DNA of 64,000 bases from Tubulanus polymorphus (GCF_964204645.1 NC_134032.1:15550275-15614274), one strand, 5' to 3'; shown: positions 36,153-50,500, numbered from the stretch's first letter. The notes: generated from the sequence alone by a model not told the origin. A program made the numbers and translations.

Positions 36153-36894
36153 TAGAAAACATTCTACAGCTTTTCTATTTTCTATGTGAATACAAATCTA
36201 CTTATCTTGTTTCTCTGCTATGCTTGTGATGCTGCTCTTGTTACTCCTATGATGCTGCTCTTGTTACTCATATGATGCTGATTTTGCTGCTCCTATGATG
36301 CTGCTCTTGCTGCTCCTATGATGCTGATTTTGCTGCTCCTATGATGCTCCTACTGCTCTGGCATTACACGCTGCTCCTAAAAATGCTCCACCGTTGCCCG
36401 AATAGTATTTCAAGCCGCGATGATAGTACGTGACATGACACCTGAAACAGAGAATATAATTTGATTTCACATCTGTTGATTGTAGACTATTCACACATCA
36501 CATACATCAGTTATAGACAATTGAATGAATCAGAAGAACCTTGGTTCATTCAGTGGTTCATTCAGTGGTTTCATTCAGGTTATCATCAATTCAAAAGAAA
36601 GAGAATTAGCTAGAATTGTGATACAGGGAACACTCGGATATCAGACATGTTCAACGTGGCATTTGGAAACATTTATGATAACCGCACGTTTCCTGTAACG
36701 TTCTCGTGACTCTGCTATACCTAAAATCAATAGCGTTTGATTGCTGCCCATTGGAACACTCGGGTATCAGACGTGTTTTACTCACAATTCAGGGGGTGAA
36801 ATTGATTCAATATTTCAATCATGAAACTAAACCACATCTACACCCGCCCCAGCTATTTGACCTCGCTTCCCCGACCCCTCCTCACTTGCCAGTG

Positions 36895-37190
36895 TTTGAT
36901 TGCTGCCCGCTGAAGCTCACGTCAACCCAAACCCGGCCGCAAACCGTGTATTGGTCTATTGCATTGCCCACGATTTCGACAGGTTCCCGCTTAATGCCCA
37001 CCAGTCTATATATTAGGCCAAACAGATGCATGGTACTTAAAGAGCAAACGTAAAAACAATGCTTCTGATTGGCTAGATATATAGACTGGTGGGCGCTGAG
37101 CGTTAACCTGTCCGCCCAAGAAATCGTGGGCGATGCAATGCACCAATGAAGGGGTTGTGTTGGCGTGAGCTTTGGTGGGAGGCAATTCAC
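36895..37190. mobile_element. Imperfect foldback element
   Basis: ATTGCATTGCCCACGATTTC vs GAAATCGTGGGCGATGCAAT, and AAGCTCACGTCAAC vs GTTGGCGTGAGCTT, in inverted orientation. Confidence 0.55.
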
Positions 37191-38709
37191 TGGGGCTCGT
37201 TAACTGGCTTGGATTTTACTACCAGGTTGTTGATAATCTCGCAAGAATGGCGCTAAATATGAACAGTAAATAAATTCAAAATATGGGCAGCTTCATAAGG
37301 TGGATTTATAGATTAACCTATCTATTCTGTTTTAGTTTCGCTCTTCACAGATTCTCATTTTTTATGTATCTCTTGGTGGACAGATCGACTTCCACGATCT
37401 TCACACAGCAGTCCGTCGAGAGTAAGGGTACGAGAGTTTATATTTGAATTGAATTTGCTCGAATAACACATTTGAACGGCTTTAAATTCTATTTTCGAGT
37501 AGATTTGAAAAAACAAACAGTAACAAATAAATGAGACTTTTTTCACTTACAGTTGCCATTGTGTTCAGAAATCTCAAATTGAACTTTAGAAATCGCTGAT
37601 TTGGTCCAAAAAGTTGGTTATTTATTTACGATCGATCAATAGCCGCCATCTTGAAAATATATGCAAATGAGCAGAATCGGAATCAGGCATATAAAGGCGG
37701 ATCCGGACGTATAGTCGGACGATCTGTCTCCCTCGGGGAAAAAACCTGTAGCAAGTAAAAAGCTTGATTTCTTCTCCAGAGTTGAGCCGAATTGTCGAAC
37801 TTTTCACGATGTGCTATTGAATCATTAATTATCTCATAAACCACCGAACCCCAGACTGACATCAGAAAGCTATGTCCAAAGTGGTTCAAATTGAACTCAC
37901 TAAGCTAAGCCAAAGCTGTTCAAGTAACTTCGGGAGCGTTACCGGAGCCCCAGCAACCTAGGCCAAATTCGGTTTTCGTATCTAGTTGACTAGCTGGTCG
38001 TAAGTAATAACCGAATGCGCTTAATTTCCGAACCATTCCGGACTATAGTTACGACTAACTGACATTCGGTTTCACTTAGTTCGACTAACACCGATAACCG
38101 AAGTTGGCCCTGGCAAGCGAGGATGGCCAATCACAGAATGAGGGTTAGAGAATTATAGAGGTCCTAGATATTGAGTAAAGTAAAAGGAGCGTTCATTAAA
38201 AAGCCAACTTAAATTCCTGATATCCCACTGTCATTTAGAAAAAAGGTCGATAGTATCAACCTTAATTTCCTCAAATCACTTTGTAATCCTCATGAAATGA
38301 GTGTGGTTCATCTGTCAAAGATATTGTGAAGAAAAGGCATGTCACAAGGAATGAGTATGTCATCTTTCTTAAACTAGAGGACCACTGCAGAGGAACTGTG
38401 TGCTGAAATCAAATTCTTAAAATCCAGAACCTGAAAAATCCCTTCATCAAAAACAAAATATTTATGAAATTCAACAATCATTTATTCAAGAACCTTTTAC
38501 AACATTTTTTCACTCTGAGGTTTTGTCACACAAATAAGAATTGAAATTTATCAGAAATGACATTCTTTACAATAAACCATTGTTTTTTATATTTAACATA
38601 AATCAATTCAACTTATGCACAGAAACAAATTACTGCACTGATCAATTGAACATGTCACCTAAAAACAGAAATTCTACCAATTCATGAATTACAACAAATT
38701 TAGGAATTA

Positions 38710-39870
38710 CTTAAACCCAAAGTGACCCAGAAGTTAAAACCTATTGATTTAATATCTGAAACCCAGAGATTAAAACATCAGATTTATACTTGTGAATCAC
38801 CTTATAACAGTTCTTGTGGATCAAGTTCAATAGTTATGAATTATAACTGCTGAACCTGATCGCGGATTATCATTGGAAAACTTGATCCAGATTATTAATT
38901 TGAATCAAGTTTTTCCACCTTTTAATCGGTTTTAACAGAACACAATAGGAACCATTTTTACCTTACCTAAACCTAAAGTGATCCAGAAGTTAAACCTATT
39001 GATTTAATCTCTGAAACCCAGAGATTAAAACATCAGATTTATACTTGTGAATCACCTTAAAACAGTTCTTAATAATTGTGGATTAAGTTCAACAGTTATG
39101 AATTATAACTGTTGAACCTGATCAGAGATTATCATTGGAAAACTTGATTCAAATTATTAATTTGAATCAAGTTTTTCCACCCTTTAATCAGTTTAACAGA
39201 TTACAATAGGAACCATTTTTAACTTACCTAAACCCAAAGTGACCCAGAAGTAAAAACCTATTGATTTAATATCTGAAACCCAGAGATTAAAACATCAGAT
39301 TCACACTTCTGAATCACCCTAAAACAGTTCTTGTGGATCAAGTTCAACAGTTATGAATTATAACTGTTGAACCTGATCAGAGATTATCATTGGAAAACTT
39401 GATTCAAATTATTAATTTGAATCAAGTTTTTCCACCTTTTAATCAGTCTTGACAGAACACAATAGGAACCACTTGTAACTTACCTAAACCTAAAATGATC
39501 CAGAAGTAAAAACCTATTGATTCAATCTCTGAAACCCAGAGATTAAAACATCAGATTTACACTTGTGAATCACCTTAAAACAGTTCTTAATAATCGTGGA
39601 TTAAGTTCAACAGTTATGAATTATAACTGCCAAACTTGATCGCAGATTATGATTGGAAAACTTGATTCAAATAATTTGAATCAAGTTTTTCCACCCTTTA
39701 ATCATTTTTAACTTACCTAAACCTAAAGTGATCCAGAAGTAAAACCTTTTGATTTAATCTCTGAAAACCAGAGATTAAAACATCAGATTTATACTTGTGA
39801 ATCACCTTAAATTCTTAAAAATCTCTGACAGAGTTCAACATTAATGAATTATAACTGTCAAACTTGATCA
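38710..39870. repeat. ~260-bp tandem repeat, about 4.5 copies
   Basis: Recurrent CTGAAACCCAGAGATTAAAACATCAGATTT and TTTGAATCAAGTTTTTCCACC. Confidence 0.9.
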
Positions 39871-40180
39871 GAGATTTCCTGTAGACGAGTCTAAACACAA
39901 CATAAAATCCTATAAATTTTGTTAACTTCAATATTTTCTATTTTTCATCCATTAATCATGAATTACATGCATCTCATTATTTTCTCATTACAACCTAAAC
40001 TCAATTCATTTACATTCAATCATTTTTTTAGTCTTTTTTTCTAGTCTTTGTTGATTCTGTTGGATGCGAACGAACGAAAGTCACGAATTATACTTAAACA
40101 GTTTCAACACCTTTAAACTCCTTCCACTTGATCCATTACACGATTACACAACACTATTACAACTTCCAATCATTATGAAA

Positions 40181-40700
40181 TTGCGGTTCTCAACACTGAA
40201 TTACACTGGTCCGGTTCATCGTTTAATTGCGGTTCTCGACACTGAATTACACTGGTCCGGTTCATCGTTTAATTGCGGTTCTCGACACTGAATTACACTG
40301 GTCCGGTTCATCGTTTAACTGCGGTTTTCGACACTGAATTACACTGGTCCGGTTCATCATCTAATTGCGGTTCTCGACACTGAATTACACTGGTCCGGTT
40401 CATCGTTTAATTGCGGTTCTCGACACTGAATTACACTGGTCCGGTTCATCGTTTAATTGCGGTTCTCGACACTGAATTACACTGGTCCGGTTCATCGTTT
40501 AACTGCGGTTTTCGACACTGAATTACACTGGTCCGGTTCATCATCTAATTGCGGTTCTCGACACTGAATTACACTGGTCCGGTTCATCATCTAATTGCGG
40601 TTCTCGACACTGAATTACACTGGTCCGGCTTATTAAATTATTGCAGTCAGCAACAATGAATAACATTGGTCTGGTTTATCGTTTAATTGCGGTCCTCAGT
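40181..40700. repeat. 46-bp minisatellite, about 11 copies
   Basis: Unit TTGCGGTTCTCGACACTGAATTACACTGGTCCGGTTCATCGTTTAA. Confidence 0.95.
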
Positions 40701-40754
40701 TGATCCAGTTATAATATCAAAGATATTAAGCTGATCCCGTTTATTGTTATCGCA

Positions 40755-41980
40755 GCAAATTGAAAACTGAAAAGAGAAAATAAACAATAAATAAATAAAG
40801 ATTTCATAGTCAACTTATTTGTAAGAAAACTTACAAGTAAATTTAGCATTTCATGCAAAACCATGAGATAATTACCTAATTTGCTTGTGAGATGAACTCC
40901 ATGTTGACAGTTGTATGAATAATTCATGAATAATCTTTTCGCAGGATTACTTAAATCTTTGCCAAATCAAGTCTTTGTTTTCTTAGTTTCCATTGTAACA
41001 GTTTTCTGACGACTGATATCGGCAAATTGAAAGCTGGAAAGACAAATAAACAACAAATGAAACATGATTTTAAACTCATTTAAACTTAAATGTAAAAATG
41101 CAAAATTATCATTTTATGCAAAATCATAAGACAATTACCTTATTTGCTTGTGCGATGGATTCCATGTTGACAGTTGTATGAACAATTCATGAATAATCTT
41201 TTCGCAGGATTTCTTCAATCTTTGCCAAATCAAGTCTTTGTTTTCTTAGTTTCCATTGTAACAGTTTTCTGACGACTGATCTCGGCAAATTGAAAACTGA
41301 AAAGACAAAATAAACAACAAATGAAACATGATTTTAAACTCATTTAAACTTAAATGTAAAAATGCAAAATTATCATTTTATGCAAAATCATAAGACAATT
41401 ACCTTATTTGCTTGTGCGATGGATTCCATGTTGACAGTTGTATGAACAATTCATGAATAATCTTTTCGCAGGATTTCTTCAATGTTTGCCGAATCAAGTC
41501 TTTGTTTTCTTAGTTTCCATTGTAACAGTTTTCCGATGACTGATCTCAGCAAATTGAAAGCTGAAAAGACAAAATAAACAACAAATGAAACATGATTTTA
41601 AACTCATTTAAACTTAAATGTAAAAATGCTAAATTAGCATTTTATGCAAAATCATGAGATAAATACCTAATTTGCTTGTGAGATGAACTCCATGTTGACA
41701 GTTGTATGAATAATTCATGAATAATCTTTTCGCAGGATTACTTAAATCTTTGCCAAATCAAGTCTTTGTTTTCTTAGTTTCCATTGTAACAGTTTTCTGA
41801 CGACTGATCTCGGCAAATTGAAAGCTGAAAAGACAAAATAAACAACAAATGAAACATGATTTTAAACTCATTTAAGCTTAAATGTAAAAATGCAAAATTA
41901 TCATTTTATGCAAAATCATGAGATAAATACCTAATTTGCTTGTGAGATGAACTCCATGTTGACAGTTGTATGAACAATTC
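40755..41980 (-). repeat. ~264-bp tandem repeat, each unit with exon/intron-like splice signals
   Basis: About 4.5 copies; on the minus strand each has a TTTTCAG-type acceptor and an AG|GTA donor; no frame stays open. Confidence 0.8.
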
Positions 41981-42897
41981 TAGAGTTGAGTGTGGTTGGT
42001 TTCCGAGTTGTGGATTTCGTTTCAGTAATTAACAGAGCTGATAAATAACTGGTTACTGCTTCCTCTGATGTTGTCGCTGGTTCTGTCGTCTTCCTGTCGT
42101 TTCGTTGATACAATATACTTTTTTTACAATATACTTTTTTTCTTACATCTATATTTTTTTCTTACATGATTTTCGATTTTCATTTTTCTTACGAACAATT
42201 ATTCACTCTTTTTTAACCAACATCTAATTTCTTTAGATTAATAGAAAAAAAGGTTTTAATTCTAATAATCAAGATGTCAAGTCAGACACTTCTATATTAA
42301 ACACTGGCAAATCGATTATAACCAATGCAGAGTGAATGATGGCAGTAACTCCAGTTGAATGAAGACTCAGAGAGCTGATGAGGACCTCAATAGTCCGAAA
42401 CTATTTGAATTTAAGATGGCTACTTAAAAGCAATGAGACGTTGAACAGCTCAAACGATACTACTGTGGTACGACACTGTCAACATCTGCGGCAGAAGAGA
42501 TCGAAATTGTGCCGAAGCATGACAGTAACCGACGCAGCAACGGCTCTTCGAGCAGCGAGGTCTAAAACGAAAGTTACGGAAGTTTCAGTCGACAAAATTT
42601 CCAACAAGATGCCTAGTCGAACAAGCGGGTCCAGAGCCAAACCTGGACAAGCGCTAACTAGGGATCCCTTCAAACCTTTTCATGGTCCTCCTGTACGGAG
42701 GATATATTTATGACAATTCATCGCGGCAAGCACGAACATAAACAAAGCTTCAATCACGCGCGTCGCGTATCAAATATTCAAATTCAGCGGAGAAATACGA
42801 TTACAAATTTCACGCTGCGATCGCCGTTCTACAGAGTGATAAGACGGTGTCGTTGAAAAGCACGAGTAAAACGGTTACTATGTCTGAATGTTTCTCA

Positions 42898-43112
42898 TTG
42901 ATAAGCCCAAGGGGGCTGCGCGTATGATGGATTGATAAGCCCACTGGGGCTGCGAATATGATAGACTGGTAAGCGCAAGGTGGCTGCACGTATGATGGAT
43001 TGGTAAGCCCACTGGGGCTGCGTGTATGATGGACTGATAAGCCCACAGAGGCTGCGCGTATGATGGACTGATAAGCCCACAGAGGCTGCGCGTATGATGG
43101 ACTGATAAGCCC
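42898..43112. repeat. 34-bp minisatellite, about 6 copies
   Basis: Unit GATAAGCCCACAGAGGCTGCGCGTATGATGGACT. Confidence 0.9.
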
Positions 43113-43641
43113 ATGCGCGTCCTTACAATACATAAGAGTCGTGAATAGCATAACGCCGCTTAAGTTCAGAATTCATATTGTTGAGATATAACTCTCGAGA
43201 CTCCCATGATACGACATGATAAGCGCATGATACGTTTAACAATGAACAGGGTCGATTCTTGATTTTTAGTCAAGTTTTTTCACTGTTAAGAAGTTCTTCT
43301 GAACGCACCTACAGTCGATTAGAACTGTGATAAGTCCTTTCACTTGTAATTTGAGACAAATTTGTACTAAGGTTTTTCACTATATTTGGCTTCATTTAAA
43401 TGATTCAATAACTGATTCATCTTATATCAAATTATCCTCAGGTGGAATAACTGTTGCAAGGTTCCTAACTTTACATCTACATAACCGGTAAGATATTTTT
43501 CATTTCCATGACTCTTTCACAAGATAGATTTTCCACCATGGAAATTATCTGATCATCTGAAATGGCCCGCATTTGCCAGAAAACACTAAACAATCTATGA
43601 TGAATACAACATCAAATATGTCTTCCAGTAAACCTTTGAAA

Positions 43642-44010
43642 TCGAGATTCAATACCGTTGATGTTTCAGTTCGAGATTCAATACCTCGATGATTCAGTTC
43701 GAGATTCAATACCTCAATATTTCAGTTCGAGATTCAATACCTTGATGATTCAGTTCGAGATTCAATACCTCGATGTTTTAGTTCGAGATTCAATACCTCA
43801 ATGTTTTAGTTCGAGATTCAATACCTCGATATTTCAGTTCGAGATTCAATACCTCGATGTTTCAGTTCGAGATTCAATACCTCGATGTTTCAGTTCGAGA
43901 TTCAATACCTCGATGATTCAGTTCGAGATTCAATACCTCAATGTTTTAATTCGAGATTCAATACCTTGATGTTTCAGTTCAAGATTCATTACATCGATTC
44001 TTCAGTTTGA
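43642..44010. repeat. 28-bp minisatellite, about 12 copies
   Basis: Unit TCGAGATTCAATACCTCGATGTTTCAGT. Confidence 0.92.
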
Positions 44011-44874
44011 GATCTGATGTTGAAACTAATTTTCAAACAGATGCCAGAATTAATTGATAAAGATGCAGCAGTGGTGAGCTGTGAATGGTGCTAAAGATGC
44101 AGAAGTGGTGAAGTGTGAATGGTGTAGTGCAGGTGCAAGTCGGCGCCTTGTGCAATAAATACGTGAAGTGAAGATGTGCATGAATCAACTTTCTTCTGGC
44201 ATCTTTCCAACAGCAGCATTTACCAAATTATAGATCACCTAATCAATATTAAGAGGATGAGCAATTTTCAAGATGAGAGTCTCTAGTGAGACCGAGCGTC
44301 TTTCAAGATTTTTAAATCGCTTTTAAACCCTTGAAATTCATAATTACTAATAATCTCTTTATATCAACGATAGTGAATCCTAACTTTCCTTGCAACAGTT
44401 ATATTCCTAGAATATTTTGATTGAATTTGATGTATATACCAATAGATATGCAATTGATTCAAGGTGGAAACAATTGATCTCGTTTAACACCAATGGGGTG
44501 TAGGTTTTCACCAGCTAAAAGCTGTTTTTGTAGCAGCATTTTGAGAGTTGATATTTGGCAGTCTCGGAGCAGCATTTTGAGAGTTGATATTTGGCAGTCT
44601 CTGAGCAGCATTTTGAGAGTTGATATTTGGCAGTCTCTGAGCAGCATTAACAAAACCGAGCCTGCGCCACATGGTTATTCTTTGTTATATGTGAGATGTA
44701 TTTCGATAGTTGCGATTACACACAACGATCTGCGTAAATATAAAACTGAAACGACAAAGAAAATGACAAATGAATAATAATGTCGAAGTAAATTCATTCA
44801 ATCGTTATAACAAATATGTAAAATAAGTAATTTCATACAGTAACAGCATAATTACCTGATTTGCATTGATTCGA

Positions 44875-45455
44875 TCTGATGAGAAGCTGTTGATGTTTAA
44901 CAAGGAGCTGTTGATGGATGACAGTGAGGAGCTGTTGACAAGGAGTTGTTGATGTTTAACAAGCTGTAGTGTGACGAGGAGCTGTTGATTTCCGATGAGG
45001 AGCTGTTGTGTGACGTGGAGCTGTTGAGTGACGAGGAGCTGTTGTGTGACGAGGAGCTGTTGTGTGACGAGGAGCTGTTGTGTGACGAGGAGCTGTTGAT
45101 TTTTGATGAGCTGTTGATTTCCGATGCGGAGCTGTAGTGTGACGAGGAGCTGTTGATTTCCGATGAGGAGCTGTTGATTTCCGATGCGGAGCTGTTGTCT
45201 GACGAGGAGCTGTTGATTTCCGATGAGGAGCTGTTGATTTCCGATGAGGAGCTGTAGTGTGACGAGGAGCTGTTGATTTCCGATGAGGAGCTGTTGATTT
45301 CCGATGAGGAGCTGTTGATTTCCGATGAGGAGCTGTAGTGTGACGAGGAGCTGTTGATTTCCGATGAGGAGCTGTAGTGTGACGAGGAGCTGTTGATTTT
45401 TGATGAGGAGCTGTTGATTTCCGATGAGGAGCCGTTGTTTGACGAGTCGTTGTAG
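44875..45455. repeat. 18/21-bp minisatellite, open on the minus strand (RKSTAP/RHTTAP or SSSEIN readings)
   Basis: Units GAGGAGCTGTTGATTTCCGAT and GAGGAGCTGTAGTGTGAC; coding status unresolved. Confidence 0.85.
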
Positions 45456-45569
45456 AGTTCTTCAAAAACATACATAACGGCGACCAATATGTGACCAAAG
45501 TTCAATTTTTATTAATCATTATTTATCAATTATTTTATATTTTAATTTTGCAGTGCGTTAATCTTACAA

Positions 45570-46170
45570 CAAACCAAGAACTTTAACAAGTTCTTTCAAT
45601 TGCATCTTATGACAGATTGAGAACTTAAACAAGTTCTTTTTTCAAATGCATCTTAGAGAGTTTAAGAACTTTACCAAGTTCTTTCAATTGCATCTTATGA
45701 CAGATTGAGAACTTTAACAAGTTCTTTTTTCAAATGCATCTTAGAGAGTTTAAGAACTTTACCAAGTTCTTTCAATTGCATCTTATGACAGATTGAGAAC
45801 TTCAACAAGTTCTTTTTTCAAATGCATCTTAGACAGTTTAAGAACTTTACCAAGTTCTTTTTCAAATGCATCATAGACAGTTTGAGCACTTTAACAAGTT
45901 CTTTTTTCAAAAATGCATCTAATGACAGTTTTAGAACTTTAAGAAGTTCTATTTTCAAATGCATCATAGACAGTTTGAGATCTTTAACAAGTTCTTTCAA
46001 TTGCATCATGCAACAAACTTACAACTTTAACAAGTTTTTTTCAATTGCATCATGCAACAAACTTACAACTTTAACAAGTTTTTTTCAATTGCATCTTACG
46101 ACAAACCTGAACTTTAAGAAGTTAAAGATGTTCTTTCAATTGCATCTTATGGCAAATTAAGAACTTTCAG
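45570..46170. repeat. ~40-bp degenerate minisatellite
   Basis: Recurrent AGAACTTTAACAAGTTCTTT..CAA(T/A)TGCATC. Confidence 0.85.
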
Positions 46171-46194
46171 ACTTTCAACTTAAATATTTAGGAA

Positions 46195-46955
46195 TCACAT
46201 CCGCAAATAAATCGGATGAGATGAGATTTTTAAAGATTTTATCATTTTTTTAGTTTTTAATTTTTTTTGGATGAATGACATGAATGGGTGCGATAGGAAT
46301 CGCACCCGCAAATAAATAAATTGGATGAAATGAGATGAGATTTTTTAAGATTTTATAATTTTTTTCTATTTTTTATTTTTTAAGATTTTTTTGATGAATG
46401 ACATGAATGGGTGCGATAGGAATCGCACCCGCAAATAAATAAATTGGATGAAATGAGATGAGATTTTTTAAGATTTTATAATTTTTTTTTATTTTTGATT
46501 TTTTGGATTTTTTTGATGAATGACATGAATGGGTGCGATAGGAATCGCACCCGCAAATAAATAAATTGGATGAAATGAGATGAGATTTTTTAAGATTTTA
46601 TAATTTTTTTTTCATTTTTGATTTTTTAGATTTTTTTGATGAATGACATGAATGGGTGCGATAGGAATCGCACCCGCAAATAAATAAATTGGATGAAATG
46701 AGATGAGATTTTTGAAGTTTTTATACTTTTTTTTTGTTTTTAGTTTTTAATTTTTTTTTGATGGATGACATGAATGGGTGCGATAGGAATCGCACCCGCA
46801 AATAAATTGGATGAAATGAGATGAGATTTTTGAAGTTTTTATACTTTTTTTTTGTTTTTAGTTTTTAATTTTTTTTTGGATGAATGACATGAATGGGTGC
46901 GATAGGGATCGCACCCGCAAATAAATAAATTGGATGAAATGAGATGAGATTTTTA
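46195..46955. repeat. ~120-bp tandem repeat, each unit carrying a 9-bp-stem hairpin
   Basis: GGGTGCGAT-AGGA-ATCGCACCC in 6 copies, separated by T-rich tracts. Confidence 0.92.
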
Positions 46956-47576
46956 TTTTTTTTAATTTAAAATTTACCCCAGGGAACACCGGCTAGAAGA
47001 GCAAGCGCCACCTGCACGGATGATGAGCTGAAGAAGGTAATCAGAGAGGAACCCTACACTAACCCAACCCCACCACCATCCCCCCGACTTCGAACGGCTT
47101 CAATTCCGGATTTTTGAAAATGGAAATCAACCATAACATGTACCAGAAAAACATGGAAAAAGAATGGCCTGAAAGAAATTAAATTGATTTTGGAAAATTG
47201 GTATTATAGTGAATTCAACCCGTTAAAGCCCGTGACACTCTAGGAAACTTATCAAAGGAGAGTGTGTGATGGCACCTTTCCCATCACCTGCCTTTGATAA
47301 GCTCCCAGAGCGAGCACCTTTTCGAGTCAACAACCAGTATGCTGGGCGGGATACAAAAATGGAAGAAAACAGGCCCGATTCCCGGCCACCTTCATACTGG
47401 ATGTTGAGTCAAAAAGGTGCTTTGGGCTTTAAAGAATTGAAGACACTATTGAAAGCCGAAATAATTGTGGAATTGGACTAAAATTAAATCAAAAAATATG
47501 TGGTACATGTTATAGTTGATTTTTTTTCAGTGAAGGCATATTAGGCGCACATGAACGACTCATGCGTTCAAGGCAC

Positions 47577-50500
47577 CTAATATCCCTTCACTGAAAGAAT
47601 ATTTTTTAAATCAGTTAACAAATCCGGAATTGTCCCCGAACGAAGCCGCTCCTCCCACATTCCATCCGTATGTCGGGCCACCACCTCTACCTCTCGGGCC
47701 ACTCGATCACTCGCCAGCTTTTTGGCGAGTGAACGAGTGACCGCCCGAGATACGGATGGAGGAGCAGGAGGAGCAGGACCCGCACCATCCCCAGCCCCAC
47801 CACCATCCCTCCTCGGCCGCTTCCTATTTATCCCCTCCCCTTCCTCCCGATTACCTTCGTCAGCCGCACCATCCGCCGGGACCACTCTTGCTCCTCCTCC
47901 CTGCGGAGCCACGACGACCGCAACTTTTCTTTTCCTTTTTGTTCTAGTTTTTTTTGGCGGTGGTCGTGTCTGTAAAGAGAAAAAGTGAAAAATTTGTTTA
48001 GTATAAAATCAAACACGAGTATAAAAAATCAGAATGAGAAAACCAGCGATTCAGCAAATAAACACCTATATGTAGTTAGGATATCGTGCCACAAGGTGGC
48101 GTTTAGGTATAGCTACGAGTGACGCTTATAGAAATCTGATATGTAAAGCCATCAGAGTTCTCGTTACTTTTTTGAAAAAGTATCCATTAGACCAGGGACT
48201 TCGGGGACCGTTTCAATATAAAACGACTTCTGGAATTGATTTCGTAGTTCTGTTTGAACGTGTCATCCGTTAAATCCAGACTCGAACAAAACATGATATT
48301 TTTGGTGAATAAGAACATTGCTTGAAATCACGAGCACGCCAGCGTTTATATCCAATACAACGGAATAAGCATCTGGTGTATCATCCTCCCTCTACAGGGA
48401 CTCGAACCTGATGGCATCGCTACACTCAGCCACGGCACGAACCCCTGCATCAGTAGACCGACTGCGCAGGTACATGCGCAGCTTTCCGAACGAAAACTGG
48501 CGGCACCAATCAGATTGCTCGTTGTATAATCGTTGAGGCAAATTTCAAGGAAGAACTATAAATGGGAAAACCCGGGATAAAATAAAACCGGATTTCTGAT
48601 TGGCTAAAAATCACATCATCTGAACTGCGCATGTATCTGCGCACACGGTCGATTATGGCAGGGTTTCTTGCCGTGGCAATCTCGATGCCATCAGGTTCGA
48701 ATCCCTGCCGGGGGAGGATGCTGATGTATGTGTGTCGGCTTATTACCGGGCCGAGAGGTCACACGATACAAATATCAGCCGCCTTCTTGACGTACACAGC
48801 CAATTATTTGCGGAACAAAATTTCGACAAAAAATCAACTCATAAACACATTTTTCCGATGAGTTACAACAAAATCAAATGTTGTCGGGAAATATGTGATA
48901 TGTTAGATATTCAGAGACGTGTCTGCTGCACGTGTAACACCGAATAATCGTCACCACGGTAGACGAGCATTTCAGCCAATCACCAGTCAGTCCGCTATGA
49001 CCGCCGCAGATGGCGCTCATGGTCAAAAACAGTATTGTATTCCAGTGATAGGAAACGGTAAGTCACGCATAGTATACTGTACGCGTTACCATGGATACAA
49101 TCAAAGTTTGAGCGATAAGTTTTCGCACTCGTGTGTACAACCATTGGTCTTAAGCAGATATAGATCAATAACCCGAAGGTTTTCGACTATGGGGTTTTAC
49201 CCGCAAACGGAAATTTATAACTTCTTTTCCGTTAACAGGTTTTTGTTGAATTAGTGGCTAACTGTAGACATATGGGTAATTTATTTGCTGAACTTCAACT
49301 GATATCCTGAATAAAATATGAAAATAAATTCAGATTCTTACCTCCGTCAGATCTCCTTCAAACAGCCGTCCCCGGACTCTGTCTGACGAACGAGTGGCGG
49401 CCGGGGGCGGCTGTCTGACAGGCCGCTGCTGAGGCGAATTTAATGGACGTGGGGGAGGGGCAGCAGCGGGCGACATAGGATTAACCGGTGGTGGTAATAT
49501 CCTATCGGGAACCAAGTTTCTTTTAAATTCCCCCACCAAATCCTCGAATGGGCAGTCGTTGATCATATCGAGCACTGTAAAATAAAAATAGAGAGAAATA
49601 CATTAAACAACAAGTCAAATGGTTTTGATGCTATGAATGCTTTTCCAAAAGGGGGCGCCTGATGTTATTTATTTCAATGTAATCGTGTTGGTCTGGCAGC
49701 GATCGCTGATTGGACTGTTTTAGCGTTTTTGGAATTGCCAGGAAAAGAATACTAGAGGACCAAAGGTCCAGTTGTCTCCTGTTTTGATAAACACAGTACA
49801 ATTGTGATTTTTTTAAGTAACACAATTAATTATTTTTTCCTCTCAATGATTTGCAACTTATTCATACTGAACAAAATTTTAATTAGATTTGAAGTTTGCG
49901 CTGAATGAAATGAAATTCGATTTGTTTGTTTAAATCTGAATGAAATTGAATCGAATTTTTATGCTTCTTCGGCAACTACTCGAGAAAAAACACTATTTAT
50001 TGGTTTTATTCTGATTGGTTCTATTCTGATTGGTTCTATTCTGATTGGTTCTATTCTGATTGGTTCTATTCTGATTGGTTCTATTCTGATTGGTTCTATT
50101 CTGATTGGATCTAATCTAGGGTGGATACAAGCTTCCACTGTTTTCCAGAATATAGTCAGAAAATGTGACTAACATAACTTCTAGAAGTAACTAATCTGAC
50201 AGGTCCGTACAGCTAACTCAGTCAGGTTGTGAGCCATAACAACCTATAAAAAGACTCTGGCCGTCTCTTAAGACCCACTAGGGTTACACTGTTACTTGCA
50301 GTTGATAATTCCGCAACTATTTCTTTATGCAAATGCATTCAAATAGACAGATATAACAGGCTACATATCGTCATTATAGCATTAATTTGTTGAATGTTTT
50401 TATTAGATTTTGAGGAGATATCACAGGCGCGGATCCAGGGAGGGTTTCAGGGGTCGTGACCCCGCTGATCAGCTACCAAAAATTCTAAAAATTCGTTTTC

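Noticed and set aside
42378-42713. 111-aa plus-strand ORF
   Set aside because: No recognisable domain or supporting exon structure; cannot be supported from sequence alone.
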